Notes under the pieces: generated by a model
Databases searched by the model: none
Told to the model about the DNA's origin: nothing
The model's input: only the letters and a program-made list of their open reading frames with translations
Position numbers and translations under genes: made by a program
Shown here: positions 1 through 14,487 of the stretch, in pieces
Position numbering within the stretch: the first letter of the stretch is position 1
How the letters are laid out: each line of letters starts with the position of its first letter
Assembly: GCF_006345805.1 (NCBI RefSeq)
Contig: NC_042999.1
Span: 65,968,001 to 66,032,000 of the forward strand
Length of the DNA: 64,000 nucleotides
DNA from: Octopus sinensis
Taxonomy: Eukaryota
Direction of reading: 5' to 3'

Positions 1-1019
1 TAGAACCCATTTATTGTGATGAATCGATCAAATTCTGAACACGTACTCTGAAAGGAGAAATTGCTCCTCAAACATAGATGTGTATATACACAGATGTCTA
101 TATATCAACGTAGACATTTATGTATCATATTCCATAATTATATACTGTGTACATATACGTTATTCGGTAGCATCCAGCTCGAGCCCCAGATTTGTCTCGG
201 CTACATTCCAGATTATTCGCTCTTTCCTGTACTAGGAACGACAAAAATCTTGTTTAGGTATATGACTGCACTCATCCAGTCATGGACATGGTTGAAAAAA
301 TCCCAAATTGCATCCAATGTTCTCTCTACCTGCAGTCTGGGCCACTTTTTTCTCCATCGTTTATATATTTATTTTGGAGGTAAAGCATCCCTTAAGCGAT
401 TCTATCTCGGAAGAAAACCGCAGTAAATTGCCTCTCGACGGAGTATATACATTATGTATGATACACATATGACTTCTTGAATTGAACACTGCTTCTATAG
501 TTGCGCACACCTGATTGTATACATGTAAGTGTGCGTGCCTGTATTTGCTTGTGTGTGTGTGGGGGGGGCGCATGCAAGAGAGTCTGTAAAACAATGTTGA
601 AATTTATCATAAAAGGAAAAAATAATCAAGACTTGTGTATTTTCGTCTCCCAAATTAGTCAATACCGTGACTCTTTGCCCTTTCATTAGTTTTACCACTG
701 AGAGAAGGTATGTTGTATTTAGTAACCAATAAGTACAGATTAATTATTTAACCGGCTATAATACACACACACATGACAGATGTATATAGAAATTCTCATA
801 ATCGTTAAAAATTATTTAAATCTGAAATTATACATTGAAATCATTTATTAATTGTGATAATGTGAATATTTAGTATTTAGTAGACATTATCTTTGCACTT
901 CCAATGCAAGGATCCTATTAGGCATGTTACTGATCAGATGACGAATATTCTTTTGCGGAATTTCTTGACAAGTTTCATGTAGTAATTTCAAGAGAACTGG
1001 CTTTCAAGGTGCTTTTCTG

Positions 1020-1560
1020 TTCTTTTTATGGCTCAGATTGGCCATTTGCTCCAAACGGCTCCCCAGACCATCACCGTGTTTCATTGTTGGCTGCAATCTT
1101 TTCACATCAACTTCTTGACCACAGTGACTCCAGACCCATACTTGACCACTGTACGGAAATAAAGGAAAACCTGGACTCATCAGAAAATATGACAGAGTCC
1201 CAAACTGCTAGTAGTCTCTCAAATATGTCACTTGCTCAATCTTTTCTCCGCTTGGTGTTGGCTGGTCGAAGAATTGGCTACCTTCTTGCTGCTCTGCCAT
1301 AGTAGGCAAGTTTGAGGAGATACCCGACACCTATTCTGGGACCAACATGAACTTGTTGCGCTATCTCAGAGGCCTTGCAACGAGAATTATCCTGGGCGAG
1401 ATGATTTAGGTTCCTTGCCCTCTCTGGTGAATTGCTCAATTGCTCTATTAACTGTAGAAAGCAGGATCCCAAGGTTTTCTGCGATTTTATGCTGAGTATA
1501 TCCACCTTCAGAATGACGCACAATACGGCCTTTTGAAATTCAATGTGGTCCAAGACTCCT
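1020..1560 (-). pseudogene. Decayed Tc1/mariner-family transposase fragment
   Basis: Minus-strand translation through stops reads [15 protein letters not shown]...YYGRAARR*PILRPANTKRRKD*A...WDSVIFSDESRF...VWGAV. This matches the Tc1 HTH, the RRKP-L motif, the first catalytic D (FSDES) and the VWG motif. Confidence 0.8.
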
Positions 1561-1726
1561 TTTGTTCGAATGCATTGATTAAAAGTACATACAGAAAGTG
1601 AAACATAAAAATGTCGATAAAAAATATAAACCATTACAAGTTTGAATAAACATAAAACGATGTTTATGGCGTATCTACTTCCGTCATATCTGTGTGTGTG
1701 CGTGTATACAAACACAAACACCCACC

Positions 1727-1762
<36 letters not shown>

Positions 1763-1763
<1 letters not shown>

Positions 1764-1989
1764 TTCTTTACTACCCACAAGGGGCTAAACACAGAGGGGA
1801 CAAACAAGGACAGACAAAGGGATTAAGTCGATTACATAGACCCCAGTGCGTAACTGGTACTTAATTTATCGACCCCGAAAGGATGAAAGGCAAAGTCGAC
1901 CTCGGCGGAATTTGAACTCGGAACGTAACGACATACGAAATACGGCTACGCAGGTCGCCCGGCGTGCTAACGTTTCTGCCAGCTCGCCT
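1763..1989 (-). mobile_element. tRNA-derived SINE, family A (MetaSINE-like central domain)
   Basis: Near-identical to the copies at 4734, 11268, 30867, 32680 and 56519. On the minus strand it has A/B-box-like head motifs and GCCTTTCATCCTTTCGGGGTCGATAAATTAAGTACC. Confidence 0.85.
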
Positions 1990-1992
1990 TAG

Positions 1993-2177
<185 letters not shown>

Positions 2178-2567
2178 CGGGCACACGCACGCACACACAT
2201 ATATGCGCAGCGGTGTGTGTTGTCCTAGAAGACAAAGATAATAAACGCTTTTGTGTATTTTGTCCCCCAAAGGAATCATTCATCTTGTGGCCCTCTTCCT
2301 TTGCTCTGCCGGTGAAATATGTGAGACTATGTTATGTAAACAATATAAATGCCCAATTTACGAAGGGAGATATGTATATACGACTAATAAAGTATAGGCT
2401 GTTGATTATTATTATTATCATCATCATCATCAATATCATCATCATCAACATCATCATCAATATTATTGTTGTTGATGGTGGTGACAGCCTATCATTCATT
2501 CCTTGTGTATAATATGTTTATACTTGAGTTTTTCACAGTAAGAGGCCATAGTTATGAGCTAGCAAAT

Positions 2568-2591
2568 ATAGTAGTAGTAATAGTAGTAGTC

Positions 2592-2654
<63 letters not shown>

Positions 2655-2675
2655 TTTGTTGTTGTTGTTGTTGTT
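2568..2675. repeat. (TAG)n + (TTG)n compound microsatellite
   Basis: Seen directly. Confidence 0.95.
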
Positions 2676-3540
2676 GCAGTAGTGTTGGTTTGTGATGGAT
2701 GTTCTTATGATTGCAGCGTGTCTTGAAATCTCAATCAACACAAAGCGAATTGTTCATTAAAAACTGAAGTACTGAGGGAAACAGAGAGAAGAGCGGGAGA
2801 GAAAGCGAGAGAGAGAGATATGTGTAAAATAGAAGACGGGATGGAAATAGAGACAAATAAATAGAGAGGCTCAGAGAGAACAAATAGGGTGATGAGATGA
2901 AGTAGTTTCAATAAAGAAAAAAAAACATTGAATCAGAGCGTGTGTATAAAACGAACGACTGAAAGAGAGATGGACTGACAAGGAGTGGGAGGGAGTAACA
3001 GCATGAAGGAGAACGCAGGCAATACAATTTAGTTAATGACAAGGCATTCAAACATGAATATCCTTCATGTAGTGAACTAAGTAAATTATATCAAGGTGTA
3101 TGACGTCGGTGTTTGTGGAAGAGTGAAATGTTCTTAAGAAAAATGTTTTATCTCGCTTGCCAAAAGCTCAACTAAGAAAATGACAGGATTTATTTAGCAT
3201 GACTCCTTTCAGTAATTGAGTGCTTTAATGGTGATTGGTGTAAAGCACTGACATCATTTTCGAAAGGTTGGTCATCATTGAAAGTGGTGGTGCATGGAAA
3301 ATATAGGTGTGTGTGTGTGTGTCTGTTCACATACGTGGGTCGACCGATGTATATATGTATGCAAGTATATATATATATATATATATGCAAGTACCTATGT
3401 ATGTGTGTGTGTGGGGGGTGTCAGTGTAAGTGCAGAGAGCAAGAGAGAGAGGGGGAGGGAGAGAGAGACAGAAAGAAACAACGAAAGAAAGAATGAAATG
3501 AAGAGAGATTGAGAAATGTAGAGAAATATATTTATGTAAG

Positions 3541-3603
<63 letters not shown>

Positions 3604-3890
3604 AGTATAACTCTCAGTGATGTGAGTAACGCATTAGATATCTGAGAGAGTGCAGCACACAATTTAACATAACGTACATATTTATCATCTAATGAACCTA
3701 TATTTATATGTCCACACGCACGCACATACACACATATATATACACGTGTGTCTATGTATATATGTATGTATGTATTTATATATATATGTGTGTGTGTGCT
3801 GCTGTCAAGTAATTCTATTAAAACGTCGTTGGGAACAATCGAAGAAACCAATATCCTGAAGAAAAAGTAGAAAATGTAGAGGAGGGGGCA

Positions 3891-4019
3891 GAAGAAGAAG
3901 AAGAAGAAGAAGAAGAAGAAGAAGAAGAAGAAGAAGAAGAAGAAGAAGAAGAAGAAGAAGAAGAAGAAGAAGAAGAAGAAGAAGAAGAAGAAGAAGAAGA
4001 AGAAGAAGAAGAAGAAGAA
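3891..4019. repeat. Perfect (GAA)n, about 43 units
   Basis: Seen directly, 129 bp uninterrupted. Confidence 0.95.
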
Positions 4020-4733
4020 CATCGCTCATGTTGTCTCAGTTAATGAACTCGCAAAGCTCTTCTGATATATCAACCAAATTTCAGAAAACTCAATTATGTT
4101 TGCCAAAAGCTCGGCAGAGTAGTGTGATTGTTGTTTACTCAAGTCTTATGTACGCTGCGTCGAAGGACATCACGAAGTTTCCACGCTGGAACATGACGTT
4201 CTCTTTCTGATTATTATGTTGACAACTAGAATCAGAATTGGTGTAACTGCTACACTATCACATCAAAAAGAAGATCTAACAACTCAATAAGTTATTCTCT
4301 TTGCTTGGGTTAGATATATCAAGTTTGACAGCTTTATATTGTGATACGAATGATAATCTTCCTGTACCTGATCATCTGATTGTAAGTTTTCAAAACTGTA
4401 AGTCTTACTGCTGTAGTATTATGCGTTACATTCTCTTAGCGATAGATCTAGTACATCATAATTCTTGTGTTCATAGACCACAGAAAGATTAAAGACTGAA
4501 GAAATGAGAAAAGGAATGACTAAGGTCTCCATTCATCCAGTATACTATGTGGATCATCACGATTTCGACACGTTTATAGAGTATCACTTGTTTCAGTTTA
4601 CCAGCCGATGTATAGAAAACTCCAACTAGGTTTTAATGTAGAAGACAAGAAAATAAGAACCGATAGAGAATCACTAATTGTAGGAAATTTTATTAGGCGT
4701 ATCACGTGACTTGACAGCAACGGTATATGAAAA

Positions 4734-4965
4734 AGGCGGCGAGCTGGCAGAAACGTTAGCACGCCGGGCGAAATGCGTAGCCGTATTTCGTCTGCCGTTA
4801 CGTTTTGAGTTCAAATTCCGCCGAAGTCGACTTTGCTTTTCATCCTTTCTGGGTCGATAAATTAAGTACCAGTTACGCACTGGGGTCGATATAATTGACT
4901 TAATCCGTTTGTCTGTCCTAGTTTGTCCCCTCTGTGTTTAGCCCCTTGTGCGTAGTAAAGAAATA
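4734..4965 (+). mobile_element. SINE family A, full length with 12-bp TSD
   Basis: Head GGCGGCGAGCTGGCAGAAACGTTAG and B box GAGTTCAAATTCC. TSD GGTATATGAAAA at 4722-4733 and 4966-4977. Confidence 0.9.
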
Positions 4966-5009
4966 GGTATATGAAAATATGCGAAACATCATGCATATGA
5001 AAAATCGGT

Positions 5010-5215
5010 TTCAAATTTTTCGCACAAGGTCAGCTAATTCGAGGCAGGGGTTAAGTTGGTCACATTGAACACAGAGCTCAGCTGCTTCTTATTTTATCGA
5101 CCCGAAAATATTGAATGGTAAAGTCGACCTCAACGGCATTTGAACTCAAAACATGTAGAATGATAAAATGTCGTTAAGCCCGGCGTGTTAAAAACTCTGC
5201 CACCGCGCTGCCTTA
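5010..5215 (-). mobile_element. Older, diverged SINE family A-related copy
   Basis: TTTTATCGACCCGAAAA...AAAGTCGACCTCAACGGCATTTGAACTC...CCCGGCGTGTTAA aligns by eye to family A. Confidence 0.65.
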
Positions 5216-6586
5216 CGCCCGACACATTAAAATATATTGATCTTACAAAATTATCGCAGACTAATTACATTCCAGCTAAGACAAAAGCGCAAATTCAACA
5301 TTGTAATAAAATATATTAAACAGGCAATAAACGTATTTCGGCCGCAGTTAAACAGAACATTATTGAGAAGCCAATGAAAGCATATTAGTAATGTAGAGTG
5401 AGGTAAATAAATATTTACTTGTTTGGACGCTGGCCTCTCTGTACGAAGAGAAGCAGATAGTGAAGTAAGGGAGAACTTTCAAGATAGAACACTGTACACA
5501 TGAGCTGAAGGGCAATCGAAGCTCCCAAAGGGATTCGGAAAGGAGAGAGGATTAAACAGCGACAGAGCAGTTAGTACGTGGTAGAGACAGAAAGACTAAT
5601 GTAAACAATGGAAAGGAAAGAATGCGCAGATAAAGAATAAAGAATATATTACAGAGCGATAAGTTAGACTTCGATGAAATTCTGTGTGGCTTCGAAGGAA
5701 AAGTGGAGTACTGATAACATAAATTCTTGGTTTATTGAAATTATCTTTGCCTGGAGATAATTCAAACAAACGCTTTGTGCCAAGGGCTACATATTCCGAT
5801 TTGAGGTTGGGGGAGATATCAAACGTTAAGGGCTGTCATGGATCCAATATTAGGAAAAATAGAATATCGTCTTTCTAGAAACAAGACGAATCCAGTGAAT
5901 ATGCGATTAATAGGCAGAACATAAGTACTTACATATACATACACACATTTAAAAACACACACACATACACACACACAAAATTACACACACACACACATAT
6001 ATATGTGTACATCCGTGTGCATATAGGTGTGTACGTTTGTAGGGTGCATATGTAAATAAAAATAACTGAAAAATGAAAAACTCGGTCATTGTAGTAGTAT
6101 TATATATACCTGCGTATATGTGGTTCTATTCAGATGGAGGTGCTTTATCTGTTGCTTCTCAAATTTATCTTATCTGGTATTTAAAATAGATCTTACATAT
6201 AGACTGTACAGGTTACTGAAAGACTACTATCTATGATGTGCAAATTTCCCTTCTAGTTCCCTTCTAGGATTTTACCTGAAGATCTTTCTTTTTTATACTT
6301 TTCAACTGAAGTCACAAAAGTTTGTACCGTTATTTATTTAGTTGTTATACTATTAATGTTTAAAGGAAATTACATAGGAAATTATATGATTATAAAATAT
6401 TTAACTGCTACTCTGCCAGGCTTCACCTATGGTCAAGTGTTTCTGTAAGTTTAGACTCTATGCAGGTAATCTTAATCACATAAAATGATTGATTCCATTT
6501 TGCAGGATTAGTTTTGTTTACACGTATTAGACTCCCTGGGTGAGTATCTGCTTTCCATTTTGTGGTGTGTGTGTGTGTGTGTGTGT

Positions 6587-6638
<52 letters not shown>

Positions 6639-8989
6639 GTAATGTTTTAATGTTTGGTGGACCATTGTTGTAAATTTCCATAGTGTGGCTATTAAAATGT
6701 TTTCTGAATCTTTGATCAACAGTGAAATGTTTATCTTTTAGTGTTTGGAAATAATATATTAGACTTCAGATAGACTGAAAAGAACTTGTGTAATATTGCG
6801 GCGCCTGTTTTCCATTTGTGAGTATGGGAAGTGAAATGTGTAGGTAATTTTCTCCTTGAATCCGCTTGCTTTATTCTGGTAATATTTAATACATTATCAA
6901 TAGTAATCATTTTCATATTATACGTTTGTCAATATTAAATGTGAGTTTACCAATATCCAATAGCGCATTAGTTCACAAGCCCTTCTTTAAACATGTGATA
7001 TAATATGTGATGGTGGAATAATGTATTTTATGTTTGATTCGGTAGCTTAAATTATAGATTCAAACTTCCCGTTCTGTAGGCTTTGTGTTGCACAGTTTTG
7101 ACAATTGATCTCCCCTACTTCATTTGTAATTGACACAAATACAGAGCGTAAGTGTTTGCTGTATGCCTTACAATGCTTTTATTCGTGTCTTTGATATATT
7201 AACACGTTCTGACGCTATATCGATATTAAATTCAGTTTAAATAATTTATTGATTTTTAGTTAATACCGTTTGGCACATAATGTGTCTGTTTCTCCGAGCT
7301 ACTAAGTTCATAGGGTTGCATGTAAGTTGAGTTCTACAGTGATGTACGTATACTATTAGACATAACAAATACGACACAATAAATATTAACTCATATATTA
7401 TTCCCATTAATAAGCAAGAATAAATAAACTAAAGAGAAAAATATCACCTCATCACAACAGGTTCATAAAATGATATCGAAAAATAATATGTTTGAATAAC
7501 GGGAAATATTTTCTTTCATTAGAATTTCTTTATATATTTAGTTCTGTTAGTCTTTGTTTACTATCTTTTATACCAACAAAAGTCTTCCTGGAATATCTTG
7601 TGTTTACATCTGACAAAACTGGTGATGATTCACTGGAACATTTTAGCAGATGACGCCGACAGCTTGTCTCTAAGGAGACCTTAATTGCTTTTTAATATTT
7701 TCTTCATTATTTTCTATTGAAAAGCAAATAAATCGATTTCGTTAAAAATTTTTCAAATGACTGAAAATTATCAGGAAAATATCTTAATTTATGCTCTTCG
7801 TTATTTTGTTTAGAAATAGTAGCATGAAAGAGAAATGCCATGCTCAAAATGAAGAATAAATGAACAATACTTTGTTTAAAGACCCTACCCCTGTGGTCCC
7901 AAAATTCTAAACCTTATTTACTTCTGTTCCAGTATAAAACCGAGGATCAGAAGAATCGTGAGAGCGAAGGTCAAAATTCATTGTTGTAATCACTTACGTA
8001 ACTTTACATTTCAAGTTCAAATTCATGCGCGGTCAACTTTGCTTTTCATCCTCAAAGGATCGAAAATTAAGATCGCTATACAATTATTACTTGTGGTTTA
8101 ATTGACTCAGCATTTATTGCATTATTTTGGCTAAATTTAAAATTGATTTAGAGAGGGAGTGAACAAATGTCTTAAGGAATGGTAGTTTACTAAAATGATG
8201 TTAGTTCGATAGAAATTACAACACACACTTAAGATTTCTTTTCGAATTGTCTAAAAACAAACACCAATCATTTGCTTCGTAAGACTTAACCTCCATCTCT
8301 TATAACAAACCAGAACCTGATACAGCGAAACTGAGTAGAAATGCGTGCTAAGCGTATTCAAATTACCTAGAAATAAATGTCAAATCTAATTCAATGGACG
8401 AAAAATTGAAATTTGATCCCCAATGGTTTATTTAAGACCATACGAAGTAAACTCAATTTGTATTAGTATATGGCCCAGGATAGAAATACATGTAAGAGTA
8501 GACAACTCCACACACAAATTAAGAAATAATTCTGAAAGAAAGTAAAGGTCCACACGCTTTGTCCCAGAATCAATGGCATGGTAAAGTCATGAACAGAGCT
8601 TTTTAATGCCAGTGTTTCCAATTCTGAGTTAGTTAAAGACATTTCAGTTGGAACAGAAAACGATCTCAAAGAAACTGTTTTTGATGGTTTACAGAACATG
8701 TAGTATTAAAATGAAAGAAAAATTAACTAAAACAAACGGCATAGTGAAACCCTCCATTTCATTACGGATCTATTAGCTCCATATGTAGTTTTGTTATGCA
8801 ACCCAAATACAATTTGTATTTTTCTAATCTGAAATCGTTCTACCAACTCTTCCACGTGTTAAATATTAGCGATTTTTTTTACAGCAAAATATGTATCCGT
8901 GCTTATCTTTGTAATGAAAATAGTCATTTAGTGTATATAAGTTTTGCACCAGGAGTTATTTTTTGGTTTGAGTATAAGTGTGATCCAGG

Positions 8990-9205
8990 ACCCTATAACT
9001 CGGGATAAACCCGAAGGCTTACTGAAAGTTAACAATGTTAGAAAATTGGACAAGAATTACAAGTATGGCTTCACTTCTGTCAGATACAACCTTGATATCT
9101 CTGATAAAGCACGGTGTATGTTTTGCAAAATCATAATGCGATATTTAAATTTAATATCTGAAAGGTTGTTGAAGAATTGTAAAAGAAAACACTCCAAGGA
9201 GAACC
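8990..9205 (+). pseudogene. hAT (Buster/Charlie-like) transposase N-terminal BED-finger remnant
   Basis: ORF 8944-9213 contains VRKLDKNYKYGFTS...KARCMFCKIIM...SERLLKNCKRKH, resembling the RKY..YLKYGF...PQCVIC...KLKRHL..KH pattern of Buster/ZBED5-type proteins. Confidence 0.55.
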
Positions 9206-9867
9206 TCAAATGACTGGGCCCTGATAAACGCAGAAAGGAACACTTCCACGCGTCTTATTACAGCTATCAACAAAATCATTTTTGCAATGTGTTTTTGACG
9301 TAAGAGACAAGTTTACCAATGAGATATCCTTCATTGTGCAACTGAAAACATTGTCAGCCCATGTACACTTTGAAGCATAGAGCTTCGCCTTCGAGAGGCA
9401 GTAACCATGAAACTCCAAGATATTCATCTCTTCAATAATTTTCCTGCAAATTGTGAAGCCTAAATAAGTGGCGATATCCTTGCTTGGTTGAATAACTAAG
9501 TTAAATTATTCCCAGGAGGATCGATAGACATTTTCCGCATGTCCCAGTTGGTTATATGTTGTCGGCACATCTATGATGATAAACTGGAGGCTCAGCTTTA
9601 GTTCCATAAACCGCTAGTATCCATTGCTAAATATGTTTAGCAATGAAGTGTACATTCATCAATATTACACGATGCATTAGGTTGCGGAATATTGCCTTTA
9701 TTGTCTGAGCTCAAATTACGTCGAGAGCGACTTTACTTTCTATCATTCTGGGAAGAGGAAAACAAGTCCCAGTTAAGCACTGAGGCTGATGATATCGTTT
9801 TGGACCTTACCTCACAATTTCTGGCCTTGTACCAAAATTGAAAACCATTATTATACGATGCATTTAG

Positions 9868-10020
9868 CCAGCGAGCTGGTGGAATTGTTATATCTCCTAA
9901 AAAATTGTCTGGAGGGATTTCTTCCGACTTTACGTTTTGCTTTCAAATTCCGCGGGGACGAATTTACCTTTTATCCTTTCCGGCAAGATAAAAATAGGTA
10001 GCATTTGAGCACTGGAATGG
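9868..10020 (+). mobile_element. Diverged SINE family A-related fragment
   Basis: GGCGAGCTGG-like head, TTCAAATTCCGC and CCTTTTATCCTTTCCGG...GATAAAA. Similar fragments at ~8005-8070, ~9690-9790, ~17345-17460 and ~20910-21085. Confidence 0.55.
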
Positions 10021-11267
10021 AAGTAAATGACTCAGCGCCTGTCGCGGAATTGTTTACCCACTTCTTGAAATTGCTTACCTTTTGATACGTAAGCCATAAG
10101 TTTTTTAGAGTTAGAATACCTTTCATCATTGTTCTCAAAACGAATTGACAATTGATTAAATAGTAGAAGATTTCACAAAAGACGTCAAAAGTTTCATTAA
10201 GCGTAAATGTAAATAAGTTTAAAAATATGTAACCGTAAATGAACTTTGAAAGGAGAAACTATCTGCTTATATCACAGAATCCTCCAATAGCAACCTCACT
10301 GCATTTTCCAAACCCCATTTACTTCTTATTGATAGTTTCTGAAACCTTTAGCCAGGAGAAATTCTGGAACTTTTCGAAAACGATTCTGTTCATCTATTTT
10401 TATGACAGCTAAAATAAACAGTTTTTTTCTCAATACAACAACATTTCTTCTAAAAAGCTCTTAAGAAAACTAACTAGATTATCAACCAAATATCGTTCGT
10501 AGATCTGAAAGTACCGAGACGGAAGATTTTGAGGGTTTAATTTGCTCTCTCAGGGCTCAAAGACAACAAAGATTCTACAGTTGAAATGAAGCGTTGACAG
10601 TATCATTAGCGTAGGAGACGAAAGTTTTGCAGTATTTGTTCTAGAGGCTTCAGGTATTCTGTGCTAAGAGTCGCCAAGAACAGTGTTGCATTTCATCGCT
10701 CCTGGGTAGCTAAAATGAAGCAGAAGTGGTTGTATTATTAAGACATTGGTTAAAATGTCTCGCGTTATCTATTATGACACCCCGTACCCTTCGTTCAAAT
10801 CTTGCTGAAGTAAACTTCCTTATTTAACCATTTGGGGTCCATTAACTACAAAACTAGAGTAGTGTTTTAATTGACAGATCTGTAGAGCGTCGGACGTGAT
10901 GCCTCGCGCGATCAGTTCCTCTTCTTTAAGCTGTACTGATGCCAAGCTATTCAGTTGCAAAAAGGTAGCTTTCATTTGGGCAACATCGGTGATTTGAGAG
11001 AAGAGGCTTACAAGCATAGACAGGCACCAGTCTTCTACAAAAACATTGACTAGATATGCGCATGCAGAGGCGGATAAAAGATCAACATTAACCGAAGCAT
11101 ATGTCTAGGTGAAAGCGTATTACGGATGGGTGAGAACGTTAGAGGGTGTTCTTTTTTGTATATATTTCCATCATTTTAAGGTGAGACAAACTTGATTTCT
11201 CCTCGCCTTCACCATGAGCTATTGTCAAAATAGCTGAAGAAAGGCAACTGCAAACTACATTTATATT

Positions 11268-11498
11268 TATTTCTTTGCTACCCACAAGGGGCTAAACACA
11301 GAGAGGACAAAGAAGGACAGACAAACGGATTAAGTCGATTATATCGACCCCAGTGCGTAACTGGTACTTATTTAGTCGGCCCCGAAAGGATGAAAGAAAA
11401 AGTCGACGTCAGCGGAATTTGAACTCAGAACATAGCGGCAGACGAAATACTGCGATGCATTTCGCTCGGCGTGCTAACATTTCGGCCAGCTCACCGCC
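11268..11498 (-). mobile_element. SINE family A with 13-bp TSD (1 mismatch)
   Basis: Family A sequence; TSD CTACATT(T/C)ATATT at 11255-11267 and 11499-11511. Confidence 0.88.
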
Positions 11499-13131
11499 CT
11501 ACATTCATATTACCTCATGAAAATTCAGTTACAAACATTGCTTATGAAAGTAGTCACAACGTGTCATTTGCTGACCTGAAAGCTCAAGAAAGGATTCATT
11601 CCACCTTATCTACGGCACTTCCTTCTATTTCATTTCTAACATATCTGCATTTTTATTATTTGTCCTTGAAATATAGCACCATCTGGAGAGGAAATTAGCA
11701 TTGCTCAAGCATCAACCCGAAGTTTAAAATGACATCCAGAAATATCCTTAACCCATTAAATGTGCCCGTTCACCCTACAGACCAAAGGTCTTTATGTAGT
11801 ATAACCTGCTAGAAATCTCGTGACATTCGTACACATAACTAGAAAATTCTATCTTCACTTTAGGAAATTTTACGCACGACGTGATCAATAATCGAATTTC
11901 TATTCCTTAAATTTATTCATTCACATTACTTCAATCAAATTGAACTCCTACTTCTTCTTTCTTTATATTGCCATCGCTCTCTTCTTCTTTGTTAATACAA
12001 TCATGCTATTTGTTGTCTCTCCCTTGTGCTTCTCATCTTTCATCCTTCATTTTATCTCCATATCTCGCATCTTTCTCGATGTCATTGTTTGACAATTTCC
12101 GCTTCGATTCAAGCCACTTCTGTTTCTTAATCTATATTGCTCCACATCTCTCACCACTTCCTGACATTTGCTATTCGCATTGACCTCATTCCTTCTCACT
12201 GTCTTCTCCTTTAACTTTTCATTGTTCTTAGTTTCACAAATTTCAACACGTTCTCCTCCTCTGCGTTCTTCATTTTATTATCCTATCTTCTTTCACTATT
12301 GCTCTTAGTACAATTCAATGAGAAAGCCTCTGCGCAGTCGCTACAACTACGAAGAATTTCTCTTTCAAACTAGAACAAATAAGTTTTATACTACGCGTCT
12401 AAAAAAAGGTTGACTTCAGGCAAAATAATAACAAGAATAAGTACACTAAATCTGTTGGCTTAGTGTACCCTCATTTTTTGTAGCCTATTGTCGTTGTAGC
12501 AAGATTCTAAATCGCAACGTAACATGTAATCTAATACCAAATAATTAAGACAATTTATAATGATTTAGTACAAAGAATTTTTATTCTTAAATACACAAAA
12601 CTTAGAATACGTATAAGGATATACCCAAGGGTCGACCAAAGCGCTAAGAGTACATTTGGCCCACATCTATACTCTTATACTCTGTCCAATGTGCCACAGC
12701 GTGGGACTAAGGATAATTTCTTCCTTTCTTTCAAATACTGACAGAATTTTTGAAAACATAATGCTTTATAGGCTCTGCTTTCCTTTCCTAAGCTGTAAAA
12801 TATCGGTATTGTTAACGCTGTTTATAATATTCACTTGATGTCATTATTTTTAGAACACGATGGAACTTTTACGGTGAACCACTGTGTAAACTGGGTCGAG
12901 AGCTACCGTGTAGGCGACTGAAAAATGGATTGTAATTATAATTTAAATTCCTTGTGATGTCGCATTGATTTCACCTGATAATTTTGTTAAGAGTTGACAT
13001 ATCTGTTGAGTGTTCAGCTGCTTCTACATTAATTCAGCTATTATGTACTTTAGTAGTGTGCAGGAGTGAATATTCATTGTCGATGCTGACGAATATATAT
13101 AGCGATAAAAAATAAAAACAATATGCTCATT

Positions 13132-13450
13132 GAGGAGGAGGAGACCCTCTTCGGTCATGAATGACCATGGGATTGCACTTAGAAAGTTACTCTCCGAGGC
13201 ACAAGTCCGGGCAAGGTTGTTTATGGAAGGCCAGCAGTCGCCCATGCATACCAACCTCCATACTTTACACCACTGGTGTTATCCAAGGGAAAGGTAAAAA
13301 GGAGGATATAGCTTGGCACCAGTGATGTCGCAACTCATTTCTACAGCTGAGTGAACTGGAGCAACGTGAAATAAGGCCCCGTCCTGGAATCGAGCACACA
13401 GCATCTCGATCGTAAGCTCGACGCTCTAACCGATGACCCATGCGCCTTCA
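13132..13450 (-). mobile_element. tRNA-derived SINE, family B, with 12-bp TSD
   Basis: Reverse complement of the 28784 copy, with a small internal deletion. TSD AATATGCTCATT at 13120-13131 and 13451-13462. Confidence 0.88.
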
Positions 13451-14081
13451 AATATGCTCATTATTATATCAAACACTAGGTTGTGTGACGCGAGGGAAAT
13501 TTGCTTGCGACTTTAACTGTGTGAGCGACCTCTCAGCTCATCACTTACCCCTTTTCTCTGTCTCTTCTCCTTACATCATGCACCCTTCTCATTTGCTGGC
13601 CTGTCATTTTGTAGTAAATAGGCTTCTTCCAATTTCAGTCTCTAATACAAATTCCGTTTCACTCTCTATCACTCTCTACTGGAACGAAGTCTGGCGCAAT
13701 TGCAATTTAATAATCTTAGTTTCATTACAGCGAAACAAGGATTTTAGTAGGAATTCACTTAATTTCGTGAATAAATATTAGGGCTCAAATGTACACGTTA
13801 CATAAGCTCGTGTATGGCAATCCCTTATTCATTACGAGTAATCATTCTGAAACAAGAAAGCAAAAGTAAAACGAAAAATACAATAAAAGAAAACTAAACA
13901 ACAAAAGCAATCTTGATATTGTATCAGTTTTATAAAAAAGACATGTTTCGATAATATCGATGACTGTATTGATAAAAATGATGGAGATCAAAATGCTGAA
14001 AGGGGTGAGGGAGAAGAGAGAGAGAGAGAGAAGATTCGTGACAAAGAAGGTAATGATAAAAAATACGAATATGAAGTAGGC

Positions 14082-14127
<46 letters not shown>

Positions 14128-14129
<2 letters not shown>

Positions 14130-14413
14130 AACTCAGATACCAGGAAACCCCAAAATAGCAGAAATTCAAAAGATAGTGCTCATGGGAACTGCTCATATCC
14201 TACGCAAAATACTTTCTATGTAATCTCAAGTTTTAAAACAAACAATTTTCGTATGGTTTTTTAGACAATCACTAGTACAACACTAAGTACAAAATCAAAT
14301 ATATGGCACCCTAGGCATAACACCAATACGAACTTCCAACTTGTTGTCTCTTGAGGTCTTTGGGTGAGACTTGGAGCCAACTTGTGCAAATGTAAAGCAA
14401 AATTCAAACATAC
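14128..14413 (+). mobile_element. 5'-truncated R4/Dong-type (RLE) non-LTR retrotransposon 3' end in a (TAA)n array
   Basis: Translates TQIPGNPKIAEIQKIVLMGTAHILRKILSM* (typical RLE-element C-terminus), followed by a 3' UTR; flanked by (AAT)n on both sides. Confidence 0.75.
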
Positions 14414-14487
14414 GATAATAATAATAACAATAACGATGATGATAATAATGATAATAATAATAATGATAATGATGATGATGATGATGA

